A DNA stretch of 64,000 bases from Pseudomonadota bacterium (GCA_040754295.1 JBFMCQ010000003.1:19381-83380); one strand, 5' to 3'. Positions 8,619-19,084 are shown, counted from the first letter of the stretch. Numbers and translations are program-made. Notes: generated by a model not told the origin, from the letters alone.

Positions 8619-10436
8619 ATGTGCGGCATCGCCGGCATCGTGCTGCGGGACGGCGTCGTTGCCGATGCCGATCTGCGGCGCATGGCGTCGCAGCTTTCGC
8701 ACCGCGGACCGGAGGATAGCGGCACCTACGTCGCCGGCCGCTTCGGCATCGCGCACACGCGCCTGGCGATCATCGACGTCGCCGGCGGTCATCAGCCGCT
8801 GTTCGACGCGGCCAGGCGCTATGCACTGGTCTGCAATGGCGAGATCTACAACTACGTCGAGCTGCGTGCCGAGCTGGAGGCGCTGGGTGCCCGGCCGCTG
8901 ACGCAGTCCGATTCGGAAGTCGCGCTGCATGGGTATGCGCACTGGGGCGCGGACTCGTTCCGCCGTCTGCACGGCATGTACGCGTACGCGCTGTACGACC
9001 ATGAGGCGGAGGAGCTGTGGCTGGTGCGCGACCGCCTCGGCATCAAGCCGCTGTACTTTGCGCGTCTGCCCGATCGCATCCTGTTCGCGTCGGAGCTCAA
9101 GGCGCTGCTGCCGCTGCTGCCGCAGCGGCGTGTGCACGTCGATGCGCTGGCACAATTCTTCCAGAACCAGTACTCCACAGGCGCGCGCACGATCGTCGAT
9201 GGTGTCGAGCGGGTTCCGGCCGGCTGCGCGCTGCGCATCGGGCGCGATCTCACGGTGCACGTGCAGCGCTACTGGTCGGCGCTCGACGTGCAGCCGCGGG
9301 CGCACGTCTCTTTCGAAGACGCGGTCGCCGAGTGGGAGCCGCTGTTCGCGCAGGTGATGCGCGAGCACATGCGCTCCGACGTGCCGTACGGTGTGTTTCT
9401 CTCCGGCGGCGTCGATTCAGCGGTGCTGCTCGGCCAGCTCAAGCGCCATCACAGCCAGCCGATCCGCACCTTCTCGATCGGCTGGACCGACGCGCGCCAG
9501 CGCGATGAGCTCGACGACGCCGAGGCGATGGCGCGCCTGTTCGGTACCGAGCACCGCTCGATCCGCATGGACGCCCAGGCGGTGTTCCGCCGGCTGCCGC
9601 GCTCGGTGTGGGCGGCCGATGATCTGATGCGCGACTACGCCTGCCTGCCGACGCTGGCGCTGGCCGAGGCCGCCGCGCGCGAGCTCAAGGTGGTCTTCAG
9701 CGGCGAGGGCGGTGACGAGGCGTTTGCCGGCTACGGTCGCTATCGCCCGGATTTCTTCGAGCGCGCGTTCAAGTCGCTGCGCCATCCGGGCAGCGGCGGG
9801 TTCCGTGTGCGGCCCGAGCTTTCGCCGGCGTGGGTCAACCGGCTGTTCGTGCCCGAGCTGCAGCGGGCGCTGGCCGGCTACCGCGATCCGGTCGTCCAGG
9901 CCTGGCGCGAGACGCCGAAGGCCTGGAGCGAGCTGCAGCGACGCCAGTACGTGGACCTGTCGACGAACCTGCCCGACGACCTGCTGGTCAAGGTCGACCG
10001 CATGCTGATGGCCTGCAGTGTCGAAGGCCGCGTGCCGTTCCTGGATCATCGCGTCGTCGAGTTCGGGCTGGCGCTGCCCGATGCGCTCAAGGTGTCGAAA
10101 GGCGCCGGCAAGGTTTTCCTCAAGCGCTGGGCCGAGTCCTTCATTCCGCGCGAGCATTTGTGGCGGCGCAAGCGCGGCTTCCACGTTCCGGTCGGCGAGT
10201 GGCTGCGCGGTGCGTTCCTCGAGGCGCTGAGCGCACGCCTGCCACAAAGTCCGGCCATCCGCGCCTGGTGTCGCGACGAGACGGTGCGCCGGCTCCTCGC
10301 GCGCCAGCAGGCGAAGGGCGATGTGACGCGCGAGGTCTGGAGCCTGCTGCAGTTCGCGATCTGGCACCGGCTGTTCATCGACGGTGCACCGGCGGTGCCC
10401 GCGGTCGAGGAGGACCCGCTCGAATGGATCGCGTAG
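8619..10436 (+). CDS. Asparagine synthase (glutamine-hydrolysing)-family amidotransferase
   Basis: The 605-aa ORF has an N-terminal MCGIAG Ntn-glutaminase nucleophile and an SGGVDS PP-loop (FLSGGVDSAVL). Confidence 0.9.
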   Translation: MCGIAGIVLRDGVVADADLRRMASQLSHRGPEDSGTYVAGRFGIAHTRLAIIDVAGGHQPLFDAARRYALVCNGEIYNYVELRAELEALGARPLTQSDSEVALHGYAHWGADSFRRLHGMYAYALYDHEAEELWLVRDRLGIKPLYFARLPDRILFASELKALLPLLPQRRVHVDALAQFFQNQYSTGARTIVDGVERVPAGCALRIGRDLTVHVQRYWSALDVQPRAHVSFEDAVAEWEPLFAQVMREHMRSDVPYGVFLSGGVDSAVLLGQLKRHHSQPIRTFSIGWTDARQRDELDDAEAMARLFGTEHRSIRMDAQAVFRRLPRSVWAADDLMRDYACLPTLALAEAAARELKVVFSGEGGDEAFAGYGRYRPDFFERAFKSLRHPGSGGFRVRPELSPAWVNRLFVPELQRALAGYRDPVVQAWRETPKAWSELQRRQYVDLSTNLPDDLLVKVDRMLMACSVEGRVPFLDHRVVEFGLALPDALKVSKGAGKVFLKRWAESFIPREHLWRRKRGFHVPVGEWLRGAFLEALSARLPQSPAIRAWCRDETVRRLLARQQAKGDVTREVWSLLQFAIWHRLFIDGAPAVPAVEEDPLEWIA

Positions 10437-11554
10437 ACCGCCACCGCATCGCGATCTTCATGTCGACCTCGGGGCACAGCGGCGTCGACCGTGCGATGAA
10501 GCACCTGATTCCCGCACTGGCGCGGCGCGGCTACGTGGTGGATCTGCTCAAGGTGCGCCGGCACGGGCCGAGTCTCGACGAGGTACCGGCCGGGGTGCGG
10601 ATTATCGACACGGGTGCGAGCACGACTTACCTCGCGCTGTTCGCGCTCGTGCGCTATCTGCGCCGCGAGCGCCCGGCGGTGCTGCTCGCCGACAAGGACA
10701 AGGTGAATCGCACGGCCTTGCTCGCGCGCTGGCTCGCGCGCGCGGGCGACACACGGCTCGTGCTGAGCTCGGGCACGACGATCTCGATCGACCTGCAGCA
10801 TCGCGGTGCGTTCGAGCGCTGGCTGCAGCGCACGTCGATGGGGCGGCTGTATCGCTACGCCGATCAGGTCATCGTCACCTGTGCCGACGTTGCCGACGAC
10901 ATGGCGGCGTACACCGGACTCGCGCGCGCACATATCCAGCCGGTTGCGAGCCCGGTGGTGCCGGCGAGCCTGTTCGAGGCCCGGCCGCCGCCGCCGGATC
11001 ACCCGTGGTTCGCGCCGGGGGAGCCGCCGGTGATCGTCGGCGTCGGCGAGCTGTCGCCGCGCAAGGACTTCGAGACGCTGATCCGCGCGTTTGCGCGCCT
11101 GCGCGCCGGGCGCAGCTGTCGGTTGGTGATCGTCGGCAAGGGCCAGCGGCTCGATGCGCTGCGCGCGCTCGCGTCGTCGCTGGGTGTCGCCGCCGACGTC
11201 GACTTCCCCGGATTTCGCAGCGACGTCTATGCTTTCGTCGCGCATGCCGCGGCGTTTGCAATGACTTCACGCTGGGAAGGGCTCGGATTCGTGCTGATCG
11301 AGGCGCTCGCCTGCGGCACGCCGTGCGCGGCGACGAGATGCCCGAGCGGTCCGCGCGAAATCCTGCAGGATGGCCGCTACGGCCCTCTGGTGCCGGTGGG
11401 CGACGCCGCCGCGCTCGCGGCTGCGCTCGCGCAGCTGCTCGAGCGGCCGCTGCCGCGCCAGACGCTGCAGCAGGCGGCGCGGCCCTACGAGATCGAAGCC
11501 GCGACCGACGCCTATCTGCGCGCCTTCGCGCTGCCGCGGGAGGCTGCCGCATGA
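10424..11554 (+). CDS. Glycosyltransferase family 4
   Basis: This is an internal start within track ORF 9830..11554 (MDRVDRHRIAIFMSTSGHSGVDR...). The C-terminal region reads MTSRWEGLGFVLIEALACGTPCAATRCPSGPREIL. It overlaps the asnB-like stop. An alternative ATG lies at 10460. Confidence 0.85.
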   Translation: MDRVDRHRIAIFMSTSGHSGVDRAMKHLIPALARRGYVVDLLKVRRHGPSLDEVPAGVRIIDTGASTTYLALFALVRYLRRERPAVLLADKDKVNRTALLARWLARAGDTRLVLSSGTTISIDLQHRGAFERWLQRTSMGRLYRYADQVIVTCADVADDMAAYTGLARAHIQPVASPVVPASLFEARPPPPDHPWFAPGEPPVIVGVGELSPRKDFETLIRAFARLRAGRSCRLVIVGKGQRLDALRALASSLGVAADVDFPGFRSDVYAFVAHAAAFAMTSRWEGLGFVLIEALACGTPCAATRCPSGPREILQDGRYGPLVPVGDAAALAAALAQLLERPLPRQTLQQAARPYEIEAATDAYLRAFALPREAAA

Positions 11555-12717
11555 GCCTGTCGCGCCCGGTCGCCGTTTACTCGAGTTTCCTGCGCAACCG
11601 GGCCCGCAAGCCCGACACGGCGCCGCTGGTCCAGCACGGCATCGATCGGTGGACGCTGGAACTGGCCGCCGCACTCGCGCAGTGCGGGCAACGCGTGGAC
11701 CTCCTGGTGAAGACGGATCGGCTACCGCCAAGTGATCGTATGCCGCTGCCGGAAGGCGTCAGACTCGTGAAGGTCGGCCGCACACGCCTGCGCTCGTTCT
11801 GGTCGCTGCTGCACTACGTCTACCGCGAGCGGCCGCGGGCCGTAATCGGCGGGTTGCGGTTCGCCAACCTGCAGTTGCTCCAGCTCAAGCGCCTGTGCGG
11901 CGCGCGAGCGGTCTTGATCCTGACCGTGCACGACCACGTCGGCACGCGGCTGGCCGCGCTCGGCGAACGCAGGCGCAAGGCGTATCTGCGTGAGCTGCGG
12001 CGCTACGCGTGTGCCGATGCCGTCGTTTGCGTCAGCGAAGGCGTGCGCAGCGATCTGGTCGCCCACGTCGAGCTGCCGCCGGCGCGGATGCTGACCGTCT
12101 ACAACCCCGTGCGTGTGCCGCCATGCGATCAGCCGCGTGGATCGGACGATGGGCTGCGCATCGTGCTCGGCGTCGGCCGGCTCGGTCCCGACAAGGGCTT
12201 CGACCGGCTGGTCGACGCGTTCGCGTTGCTGGCGGCGGATCCGTCGCTGCGGCTGGTGATCTGCGGAACCGGCGTCGAGAGCGTTGCCGTGGATCTGCGC
12301 CGGCACATCGCCGCGCGCGGGCTGCAGGATCGGGTCGATCTGCCGGGACATGTCGACGAGATCGGCTGCTGGTATCGTCGTGCCGCGGTGTTCGTGTTGT
12401 CGTCCCGTACCGAGGCTTTGCCGTATGTCCTGCTGGAAGCGCTGGCTTGCGGTGCGCCGGTCGTCGCCTTCGATTGCCCGACCGGTCCGGCCGAGATCCT
12501 CGACGGCGGTCGGTTCGGTCGTGTCGTGCCCAACGGCGATGTCGCCGCACTCGCCGCCGCGATCAGCGCCGCGCTCGACGACCCGGGCAATGCCGACGAG
12601 CGCCGCGAGCGCGCCCGTCAGTTCGATCCGGCGCATATCGCAGACACATGGCTGCGATTGATCGACGAGCTGTCCGTCGCGGCTCAGCCGCAGCCGGTGC
12701 GCGACCTCCTCGCATGA
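11551..12717 (+). CDS. Glycosyltransferase family 4
   Basis: This is an internal start within track ORF 10384..12717 (MSLSRPVAVYSSF...), with an ATGA overlap onto the upstream stop. The motif is LSSRTEALPYVLLEALACGAPVVAFDCPTGPAEIL. Confidence 0.85.
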   Translation: MSLSRPVAVYSSFLRNRARKPDTAPLVQHGIDRWTLELAAALAQCGQRVDLLVKTDRLPPSDRMPLPEGVRLVKVGRTRLRSFWSLLHYVYRERPRAVIGGLRFANLQLLQLKRLCGARAVLILTVHDHVGTRLAALGERRRKAYLRELRRYACADAVVCVSEGVRSDLVAHVELPPARMLTVYNPVRVPPCDQPRGSDDGLRIVLGVGRLGPDKGFDRLVDAFALLAADPSLRLVICGTGVESVAVDLRRHIAARGLQDRVDLPGHVDEIGCWYRRAAVFVLSSRTEALPYVLLEALACGAPVVAFDCPTGPAEILDGGRFGRVVPNGDVAALAAAISAALDDPGNADERRERARQFDPAHIADTWLRLIDELSVAAQPQPVRDLLA

Positions 12718-13811
12718 AGCGCCTCGGCGTCGTCATTTCGTTTTCCGGCGACGGCGGCGTCGAGCGCATGGTGATCAATCTGTGCGCCGAGTTTGCGAAG
12801 CATGTGCAGGTGGACCTGCTCGCGATCCGCGCCGGCGGCGGTCATGTCGAGCGCATCCCTCCGGCCGTGAATCTGCGCCGCCTCACGGCGCAGCATGCCT
12901 GGACCGCGGTGCCGGAGATCGCGCGCTACCTGCAGGAGGTAAGGCCCGATGCCCTGCTCGTCGCCAAGGACCGTGCCGGACGCGCGGCGATCAAGGCGCG
13001 GCGCCGCGCCGGCGTCGACATGCCGCTGTGGATCCGGCTGGGCACCCATCTGTCGGCGGCGCTCGAGCGCAAGGACCGCTTCAGCCGCTGGCTGCGCGTC
13101 TCACCGATGCGCCGCCTGTATCCGCTCGCCAGCGGCGTCATTGCCGTGTCGGAGGGCGTCAAGCAGGACACTCAGCGCGTGACCGGGCTGCCGCCGGAGC
13201 GCATCGTCGTGATCCGCAATCCGGTGATCACGCCGCAGCTCGCCGAGCACGCAGCCGAGCCGATCCCGCATCCCTGGCTCGCCGACAAGCTGGTTCCGGT
13301 CGTGATCGGCATGGGCCGGCTGACGCGGCAGAAGGACTTCCCGACGCTGATCCGCGCGTTCGCCGCGCTGCAGAAGGACCTGCCCTCGCGCCTGATTCTG
13401 CTCGGCGAAGGCAAGGATCGCGATGCGCTCATCGAGCTGGTCGGCGAGCTGGGCCTGGTCGACAACGTCCTCTTCGCCGGCTTCCAGGCCAATCCGTATG
13501 CCTGGCTCGCGCATGCGGATCTGTTCGTGCTGTCCTCGGCCTGGGAGGGCTCACCCAACGCGCTGACCGAAGCCCTCGCGCTCGGCGTGCCCAGCGTTTC
13601 CACCGACTGTCCGAGCGGCCCGCGCGAGATCCTCGACGGCGGCCGCTACGGCCCGCTGGTGCCGGTCGGCGACGCACGCGCAATGACCGAGGCGATGCGC
13701 GCGACTTTGCACAGCCCGCTGCCGTCCGAAACACTGCGCGCCGCGGTCGACGAGTACCGCGCCGAAACCAGCGCGCGGCGCTATCTGCAGGTGCTTGGCC
13801 TTCTGGCTTGA
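12714..13811 (+). CDS. Glycosyltransferase family 4
   Basis: This is an internal start within track ORF 12009..13811 (MKRLGVVISFSGDGGVERMV...), with an ATGA overlap. The motif is LSSAWEGSPNALTEALALGVPSVSTDCPSGPREIL. Confidence 0.85.
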   Translation: MKRLGVVISFSGDGGVERMVINLCAEFAKHVQVDLLAIRAGGGHVERIPPAVNLRRLTAQHAWTAVPEIARYLQEVRPDALLVAKDRAGRAAIKARRRAGVDMPLWIRLGTHLSAALERKDRFSRWLRVSPMRRLYPLASGVIAVSEGVKQDTQRVTGLPPERIVVIRNPVITPQLAEHAAEPIPHPWLADKLVPVVIGMGRLTRQKDFPTLIRAFAALQKDLPSRLILLGEGKDRDALIELVGELGLVDNVLFAGFQANPYAWLAHADLFVLSSAWEGSPNALTEALALGVPSVSTDCPSGPREILDGGRYGPLVPVGDARAMTEAMRATLHSPLPSETLRAAVDEYRAETSARRYLQVLGLLA

Positions 13812-13836
13812 GCCGCGCGCGTTCCCCGCGCACCCG

Positions 13837-14919
13837 CTAAGAGCCGAGCAGCTCGCGGTAAACGGCCAGATTGCCGTCGACCATCGCGTCGAGCGAGAAC
13901 TCGCGTGCGATCAGCGCCGGGCCGCCTGCGCCGAGCCGGCGGCGCAGCGCATCGTCGGTGAGCAGCCGCAGCAGCGCGGCCTGCAGTGCCGCGGCGTCTC
14001 CGGGCGGGACGAGCAGTCCGTTCTCGCCGTCGCGCACCGCTTCCGGCATGCCGCCGGCGCGGCTGGCGATGATCGGCACGCCGGCGGCCGCGGCCTGCAG
14101 CAGCGAAACGCCCAGGCCTTCGATGTACGCCGGGTGCACGAGCAGGTCGAGGCAGCCCATCCAGCGCGGCAGATCGTCGCGAAAGCCGGCGAAGCGGACG
14201 TCTGCCTGCAGTCCCAGCCGCGCGACCTCGGCTGCGAGCGCTGCGCGCTGCGGCCCCCGCCCGAAGCAGAGGACGAGCGGACGCTGCGCCACCGGCATGC
14301 GCGCCAGCGCTTCGAACAGCACGCGATGGCCCTTGCGCTCGATCAGCTGCGCGACGACGCCGGCAACGAGCCGGTTCTCCGGCAGATCGAAGGCCGCCCG
14401 AAACTCGGTGCGCGCGGCCGGACGCGTCCACGCCTGCGCGTCGACGGCGCTGCGCACGACGCGGATGCGATCCGCGGCTACGCCCTCGTTGCGCAGCACT
14501 GCGGCGATGCCCTCGGAGATGCAGATCACGCGCGCGTACTGCCGGTACTTCAGTTGCGCCCACCAGCGCACTTCCGGGTTGTCGACGCGGCGCGACAGCA
14601 GCGCCGGCACGCGACAGCGGCGCGCCGCGATACCGCCGAGCAGGTCCGCGCCGCGGCGCGAATGCAGATGCACGAGCTGCGGCCGCTCGGCGGCGATCGT
14701 GCGCGACAGCCGGCCGACGAAGCCCAGATCGAGATCGCCGCTGCAGCGCAGCTCGACGACTTTCACCCGGCTCTCGCGGAAACGCGCGCCGATCGCCGCG
14801 CCCGGCGGACACACCAGCACGTTGTCGACGCCGCGGCGCGCAAGACCGTCGAGCAGATAGGCGAGCTGCTGCGCGCCGCCGTAGAGGTGCATGCCGGTTT
14901 CGACGTGCAGGATCTTCAT
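13837..14919 (-). CDS. Glycosyltransferase family 4
   Basis: This is an internal start within track ORF 13837..15765 (MKILHVETGMHLYGGAQQLAYLL...). The motif is HPAYIEGLGVSLLQAAAAGVPIIASRAGGMPEAV. It has an ATGA overlap with the upstream GT9 gene. Confidence 0.85.
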   Translation of the reverse strand: MKILHVETGMHLYGGAQQLAYLLDGLARRGVDNVLVCPPGAAIGARFRESRVKVVELRCSGDLDLGFVGRLSRTIAAERPQLVHLHSRRGADLLGGIAARRCRVPALLSRRVDNPEVRWWAQLKYRQYARVICISEGIAAVLRNEGVAADRIRVVRSAVDAQAWTRPAARTEFRAAFDLPENRLVAGVVAQLIERKGHRVLFEALARMPVAQRPLVLCFGRGPQRAALAAEVARLGLQADVRFAGFRDDLPRWMGCLDLLVHPAYIEGLGVSLLQAAAAGVPIIASRAGGMPEAVRDGENGLLVPPGDAAALQAALLRLLTDDALRRRLGAGGPALIAREFSLDAMVDGNLAVYRELLGS

Positions 14920-15980
14920 TCGCCCGCGCCCGGCTCGGGGCCGCGATCGCGGCCGGGGGCCACGCCTATGGGCCTTGCCAGGAGCGCGCGTGCAGCCTGC
15001 GCGACGCGCTGCGGTGTGAGCTGGCGCATGCAGGTGTAGGCGCCGGCGCAAGTCGGGTGGCGCTTGCACGGCGCGCAGGGCAGGGCGTCGTAGAGCACCG
15101 TGAGCGGCGAGTCGGCGCCGCGCGTGTACGGACAGGTCGAGCCGAACAGCGCGATCGTCGGCGTGCCGGCGGCGATGCCGATATGCGTCAGCCCGGTATC
15201 GACACCGATGACCAGCGCCGCCTGCGCCAGCCAGGCGGGCAGATCGGGCAGGGCGGTGGCGCCGGCGAGGCTCAGGCTGCCCGGCGGCATCTGCGCGACC
15301 AGCGCGTCGGCCGGTGCGCGGTCGGCCGGTCCGCCGAGGACCGCGCAGCGTCCAAGCCCGGCCTCGGCCAGCAGGCGCGCCAGCTCCGGCCAGTACGCGT
15401 CCGGCCAGTGCTTCTGCGCGCGCGTCGTGAACGGGCACAGCGCAATGAACCCGGGCTCGACTGCGGCTGCCTGCATGGCCGCCTGCACGCGCTCCGTCGC
15501 AGCCGGCGTGACGGGCAGCTGCGGTGGACCCGCGGGCGTGCCGGTGAGCCGCTCGGCGAGGTAGCGGTACTCCGAGGCGATGTCGGCGATGTCGCCGCCC
15601 TTGTCGATCTGCTCGTGCAGCAGCCAGCCGAGCGGCTCCTTCGAGCAGAAGCCGACGCGCCGCTCGCCACCGGCGAGCCAGGCGAGCAGGCGCGACTTGG
15701 CGAGGCCCTGGGCGTCGATGACCAGATCGTAGCGCCGGCCGCGCAGTGCCTTGCGCAGCCGCCATAGTGCGGCGGGCGAGGACAGCGCCGGCCTGGGCGT
15801 CGCGATGACCCGGGCGATGCGCGGATCGTCGCGCAGTAGTCCGGCGAAGCCGGTTTGCGCCAGCCAGTCGATCGCCGCGTCCGGCCAGGCGCGGCGCAGC
15901 CCTTCGAGCAGGCTGGTACAGAAGACGAGATCGCCGAGCGCCGACAGGCGCACGATCAGGATGCGCTGAGCTTGAGCCAA
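14916..15980 (-). CDS. Glycosyltransferase family 9 (ADP-heptose:LPS heptosyltransferase)
   Basis: The 354-aa ORF has the N-terminus RILIVRLSALGDLVFCTSLL and the C-terminal motif VIGVDTGLTHIGIAAGTPTIALFG, both typical of WaaC/WaaF-type GT9 enzymes. I cannot tell which heptosyltransferase it is. Confidence 0.85.
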   Translation of the reverse strand: MAQAQRILIVRLSALGDLVFCTSLLEGLRRAWPDAAIDWLAQTGFAGLLRDDPRIARVIATPRPALSSPAALWRLRKALRGRRYDLVIDAQGLAKSRLLAWLAGGERRVGFCSKEPLGWLLHEQIDKGGDIADIASEYRYLAERLTGTPAGPPQLPVTPAATERVQAAMQAAAVEPGFIALCPFTTRAQKHWPDAYWPELARLLAEAGLGRCAVLGGPADRAPADALVAQMPPGSLSLAGATALPDLPAWLAQAALVIGVDTGLTHIGIAAGTPTIALFGSTCPYTRGADSPLTVLYDALPCAPCKRHPTCAGAYTCMRQLTPQRVAQAARALLARPIGVAPGRDRGPEPGAGE

Positions 15981-16084
15981 GCGAAGAAGTCCCTGCCGGG
16001 TTGTTTTCGGAACGGCATGATACCCGCGGGCGTGCCGGTCAGGCCCTATAATCCGCGTTTCCGCTGACCTTCCCGGTGCCCCAC

Positions 16085-17008
16085 ATGACGTCTTTTGCCG
16101 ACCGCGACGGCTATATCTGGTATGACGGCGAGCTCAAGCCCTGGCGCGACTGCACGACCCACGTCCTGACCTACACGCTGCACTACGGCGTCGGCTGCTT
16201 CGAAGGCGTGCGCGCCTACAAGACGCCCAACGGCACCGCGATCTTCCGCCTCGAAGAGCACACCAGGCGGCTCTTCAACTCGGCGAAGATCCTCGGCATG
16301 CAGATGCCGTGGAGCGCGGAGCAGCTCAATGCCGCGCAGAAGGACGTGCTGCGCGCGAACGAGCTCGAGGAAGCCTACATCCGGCCGATGGTGTTCTACG
16401 GCTCCGAAGGCATGGGGCTACGCGCCTCCGGTCTGGCGACGCACGTGATCGTCGCCGCCTGGGCCTGGGGCGCGTATCTGGGCGCCGACAACATGGAGCG
16501 CGGCATCCGCATCAAGACCAGCTCGTTCGCGCGCCACTACGTCAATGCCTCGATGTGCCGTGCCAAGGCCAATGCCAACTATCTGAACTCGTCGATGGCG
16601 CTCAACGAAGTGCTGCGCGACGGCTACGACGAGGCGCTGATGCTCGACCCGGACGGCTACGTCGCCGAGGGCAGCGCCGAGAACATCTTTCTCGTCACGG
16701 GCGGCGTCATCAGCACGCCGGACGTGACCTCCGCGCTCGACGGCATCACCCGCCGCACGGTCATGCAGCTGGCGCAGGACTTCGGCTACAAGGTCGTGGA
16801 GCGCCGCATCACCCGCGACGAGGTCTACATCTGCGACGAGGCCTTCTTCACCGGCACGGCGGCCGAGGTCACGCCGATCCGCGAGATCGACAACCGTCCG
16901 ATCGGCAGCGGCGCGCGCGGCCCGGTGACCGAGAAGCTGCAGAAGGCCTATCTGGATCTGGTCAAGGGCCGCAGCGAGAAGTATCCCGAGTGGCTGGCGT
17001 ATATCTGA
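16085..17008 (+). CDS. ilvE: Branched-chain amino acid aminotransferase
   Basis: [17 protein letters not shown]...[12 protein letters not shown]...[16 protein letters not shown]... Length and motifs are those of class IV IlvE. I used the ATG at 16085 rather than the GTG at 16076 in the track. Confidence 0.9.
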   Translation: MTSFADRDGYIWYDGELKPWRDCTTHVLTYTLHYGVGCFEGVRAYKTPNGTAIFRLEEHTRRLFNSAKILGMQMPWSAEQLNAAQKDVLRANELEEAYIRPMVFYGSEGMGLRASGLATHVIVAAWAWGAYLGADNMERGIRIKTSSFARHYVNASMCRAKANANYLNSSMALNEVLRDGYDEALMLDPDGYVAEGSAENIFLVTGGVISTPDVTSALDGITRRTVMQLAQDFGYKVVERRITRDEVYICDEAFFTGTAAEVTPIREIDNRPIGSGARGPVTEKLQKAYLDLVKGRSEKYPEWLAYI

Positions 17009-17027
17009 CACGCAGGCGCGCCGTGCC

Positions 17028-18455
17028 ATGAGCGCCGCGCTGCCCGATTTCCGCCGCGCCCGCGTGCTGGTCGTGGGCGACGTGATGCTCGACCGCTACT
17101 GGACCGGCCCGGTGCAGCGCATCTCGCCGGAGGCACCGGTACCGGTCGTGCGCGTGCGCGGCGACGAGGCGCGGCCGGGCGGCGCGGCCAACGTCGCGCT
17201 CAACGTCGCGAGTCTCGGTGCGCGCGTGCATGTCCTCGGCGTGGTCGGTGCCGACGACGCCGGCGCGCAACTGCGCGCGGCGATGGCGGCACGCGGCGTC
17301 GACGCCGAGTGGATCGTCAGCCGCACGCTGCCGACGATCACCAAGCTGCGCGTGCTGTCGCGCAACCAGCAGCTGCTGCGTCTGGATTTCGAGGAATCGC
17401 TGGCCGCGGCCGGCGCCTTCGATCAGGCCGCGCTGCAGGCGCGCTACGCCGAGCTGCTCGCCGACTGCGACGTCGTCGTCTGCTCCGACTACGGCAAGGG
17501 CACGCTGGCCGAGGTCGCCGCGCTGATCGCCCTCGCACGCAGGGCCGGCAAGCCGGTGCTGGTCGATCCCAAGGGCAGTGACTACGCGCGCTACGCCGGC
17601 GCGACGCTGTTGACGCCCAATGTGCCGGAGCTCGAAGCGGTCGTAGGCGGCGCAGCCGATGAGGCGGATCTGCTCGCCCGCGGCGAGCGCCTGCGCGACC
17701 GGCTGCAAGTGGACGCGCTGCTGCTCACGCGCAGCGAAAAGGGCATGAGCCTGCTGCGCCGCAAGCACCCGCCGCTGCATCTGCCGGCCGAGGCGCGCGA
17801 AGTCTTCGACGTGACCGGTGCCGGCGACACCGTCATCGCCGTGCTCGCCGCGGCGCTGGCCGCGGACGTGGAGCTGCCGTTCGCGTGCCGTCTGGCCAAC
17901 CTTGCTGCGGGCATCGTCGTCGGCAAGCTTGGTACCGCCGCCGTCAGCGTCGCCGAGCTCGAAGTGGCGCTACAGCATGCGCACGGCGACGCCGGCGTGC
18001 TCGACGAAGACGCGCTGCTGCTGCGCGTCGCCGCCGCCCGTGCAAGCGGCGAAACGATCGTCATGACCAATGGCTGCTTCGACGTGCTGCACGCCGGCCA
18101 CGTGAAGTATCTCGAGGCCGCGCGCCGGCTCGGCGACGTGCTGATCGTCGCCGTCAACGACGACGACTCAGTGCGCCGGCTCAAAGGCCCGACGCGACCG
18201 CTGAACTCCTGCGCCGACCGCATGCGCGTGCTCGCCGGCCTGCGCAGCGTCGACTGGGTCGTCCCGTTCGCCGAGGACACGCCGGCGCGCCTGATCGGCG
18301 CCGTGCTCCCCGACGTGCTGGTCAAGGGCGGCGACTACGCCCCCGAGCAAATCGCCGGCCACGACACCGTGACCGCCAACGGCGGCCGCGTCGTCGTGCT
18401 CGACTACCACGCCGGCTATTCGACGACGGGGCTGATCGAGCGCGTGCAGAAGTAG
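17028..18455 (+). CDS. hldE: Bifunctional D-beta-D-heptose 7-phosphate kinase / D-beta-D-heptose 1-phosphate adenylyltransferase
   Basis: The 475-aa ORF has an N-terminal PfkB-type kinase ([11 protein letters not shown]) and a C-terminal cytidylyltransferase ([16 protein letters not shown]). Confidence 0.95.
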   Translation: MSAALPDFRRARVLVVGDVMLDRYWTGPVQRISPEAPVPVVRVRGDEARPGGAANVALNVASLGARVHVLGVVGADDAGAQLRAAMAARGVDAEWIVSRTLPTITKLRVLSRNQQLLRLDFEESLAAAGAFDQAALQARYAELLADCDVVVCSDYGKGTLAEVAALIALARRAGKPVLVDPKGSDYARYAGATLLTPNVPELEAVVGGAADEADLLARGERLRDRLQVDALLLTRSEKGMSLLRRKHPPLHLPAEAREVFDVTGAGDTVIAVLAAALAADVELPFACRLANLAAGIVVGKLGTAAVSVAELEVALQHAHGDAGVLDEDALLLRVAAARASGETIVMTNGCFDVLHAGHVKYLEAARRLGDVLIVAVNDDDSVRRLKGPTRPLNSCADRMRVLAGLRSVDWVVPFAEDTPARLIGAVLPDVLVKGGDYAPEQIAGHDTVTANGGRVVVLDYHAGYSTTGLIERVQK

Positions 18456-18485
18456 GCGCGTCTGCGGCGTCGTCGCAACGCAGCG

Positions 18486-19028
18486 TTACGCCGTGAAGCG
18501 CGGCGCGCCGTCCTCGTGCTCGATGCGCAGCGCGTTCACCAGATACGACACGCCGTGATACTGGCCGGCGAGCATGATCAGCTCGATGAGCTGTGGCGGC
18601 TCCAGGACTTCGCTCAGCGCGGTCCACAGCGCGTCGTCGACCGTGTGCGCCCGGTGCAGGGCTTCGGCGAGCTGCAGCACGAGGCGGTCTTGCGCGCTCC
18701 AGGTTCCCGGATCGGCGCCGCTCGCGCTGGCGCGCCATTCCGCTGCGCTGAGACCGGCCGTCGCGGCGAAGGCGGCGACGTGCACGCCCCATTCGTATTC
18801 GGCGCCGCAGAGCGCCGTCGTGCGCAGGATCATCAGCTCGCGCAGGCGCATCGGGATGCTGCCGCGGTCGAGCAGGCCGCCGGTCATGAAGCGCTGCAGC
18901 ACGCGCGGATTGCGCGCGATGGTGCGGAATAGCTTCAGCGGCGGGGCGCCGCGCATGACGATGTCGAAGGCGGCCTGGATGTCGGCTGCGTAGGGTGGAT
19001 CGATCGGGGCGATGCGGGGCTCGGCCAT
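18486..19028 (-). CDS. Carboxymuconolactone decarboxylase (AhpD-like) family protein
   Basis: The 180-aa ORF contains ...ELMILRTTALCGAEYEWGVH..., which fits the CMD-family pattern. It is divergent from an HxlR-type regulator. Confidence 0.75.
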   Translation of the reverse strand: MAEPRIAPIDPPYAADIQAAFDIVMRGAPPLKLFRTIARNPRVLQRFMTGGLLDRGSIPMRLRELMILRTTALCGAEYEWGVHVAAFAATAGLSAAEWRASASGADPGTWSAQDRLVLQLAEALHRAHTVDDALWTALSEVLEPPQLIELIMLAGQYHGVSYLVNALRIEHEDGAPRFTA

Positions 19029-19084
19029 CTGCGGTCTCCAGTGCTACGATATTCGAAGCATAGCGCTTCTAAAACCGTAGCACA

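Noticed and set aside
9830-12713. Very long track ORFs (9830..11554, 10384..12717, 12009..13811) that suggest 570-780-aa fusion proteins
   Set aside because: In each case the N-terminal half is an out-of-frame shadow over the preceding gene. The glycosyltransferase homology begins at internal ATGs (10424, 11551, 12714) that overlap the upstream stop codons.
14920-15765. An upstream extension that turns the GT4 gene into a 642-aa ORF (13837..15765)
   Set aside because: The extension runs out of frame through the GT9 heptosyltransferase gene and is Arg/Ala-rich junk. The GT4 homology starts at MKILHVETG (14919), with an ATGA overlap.
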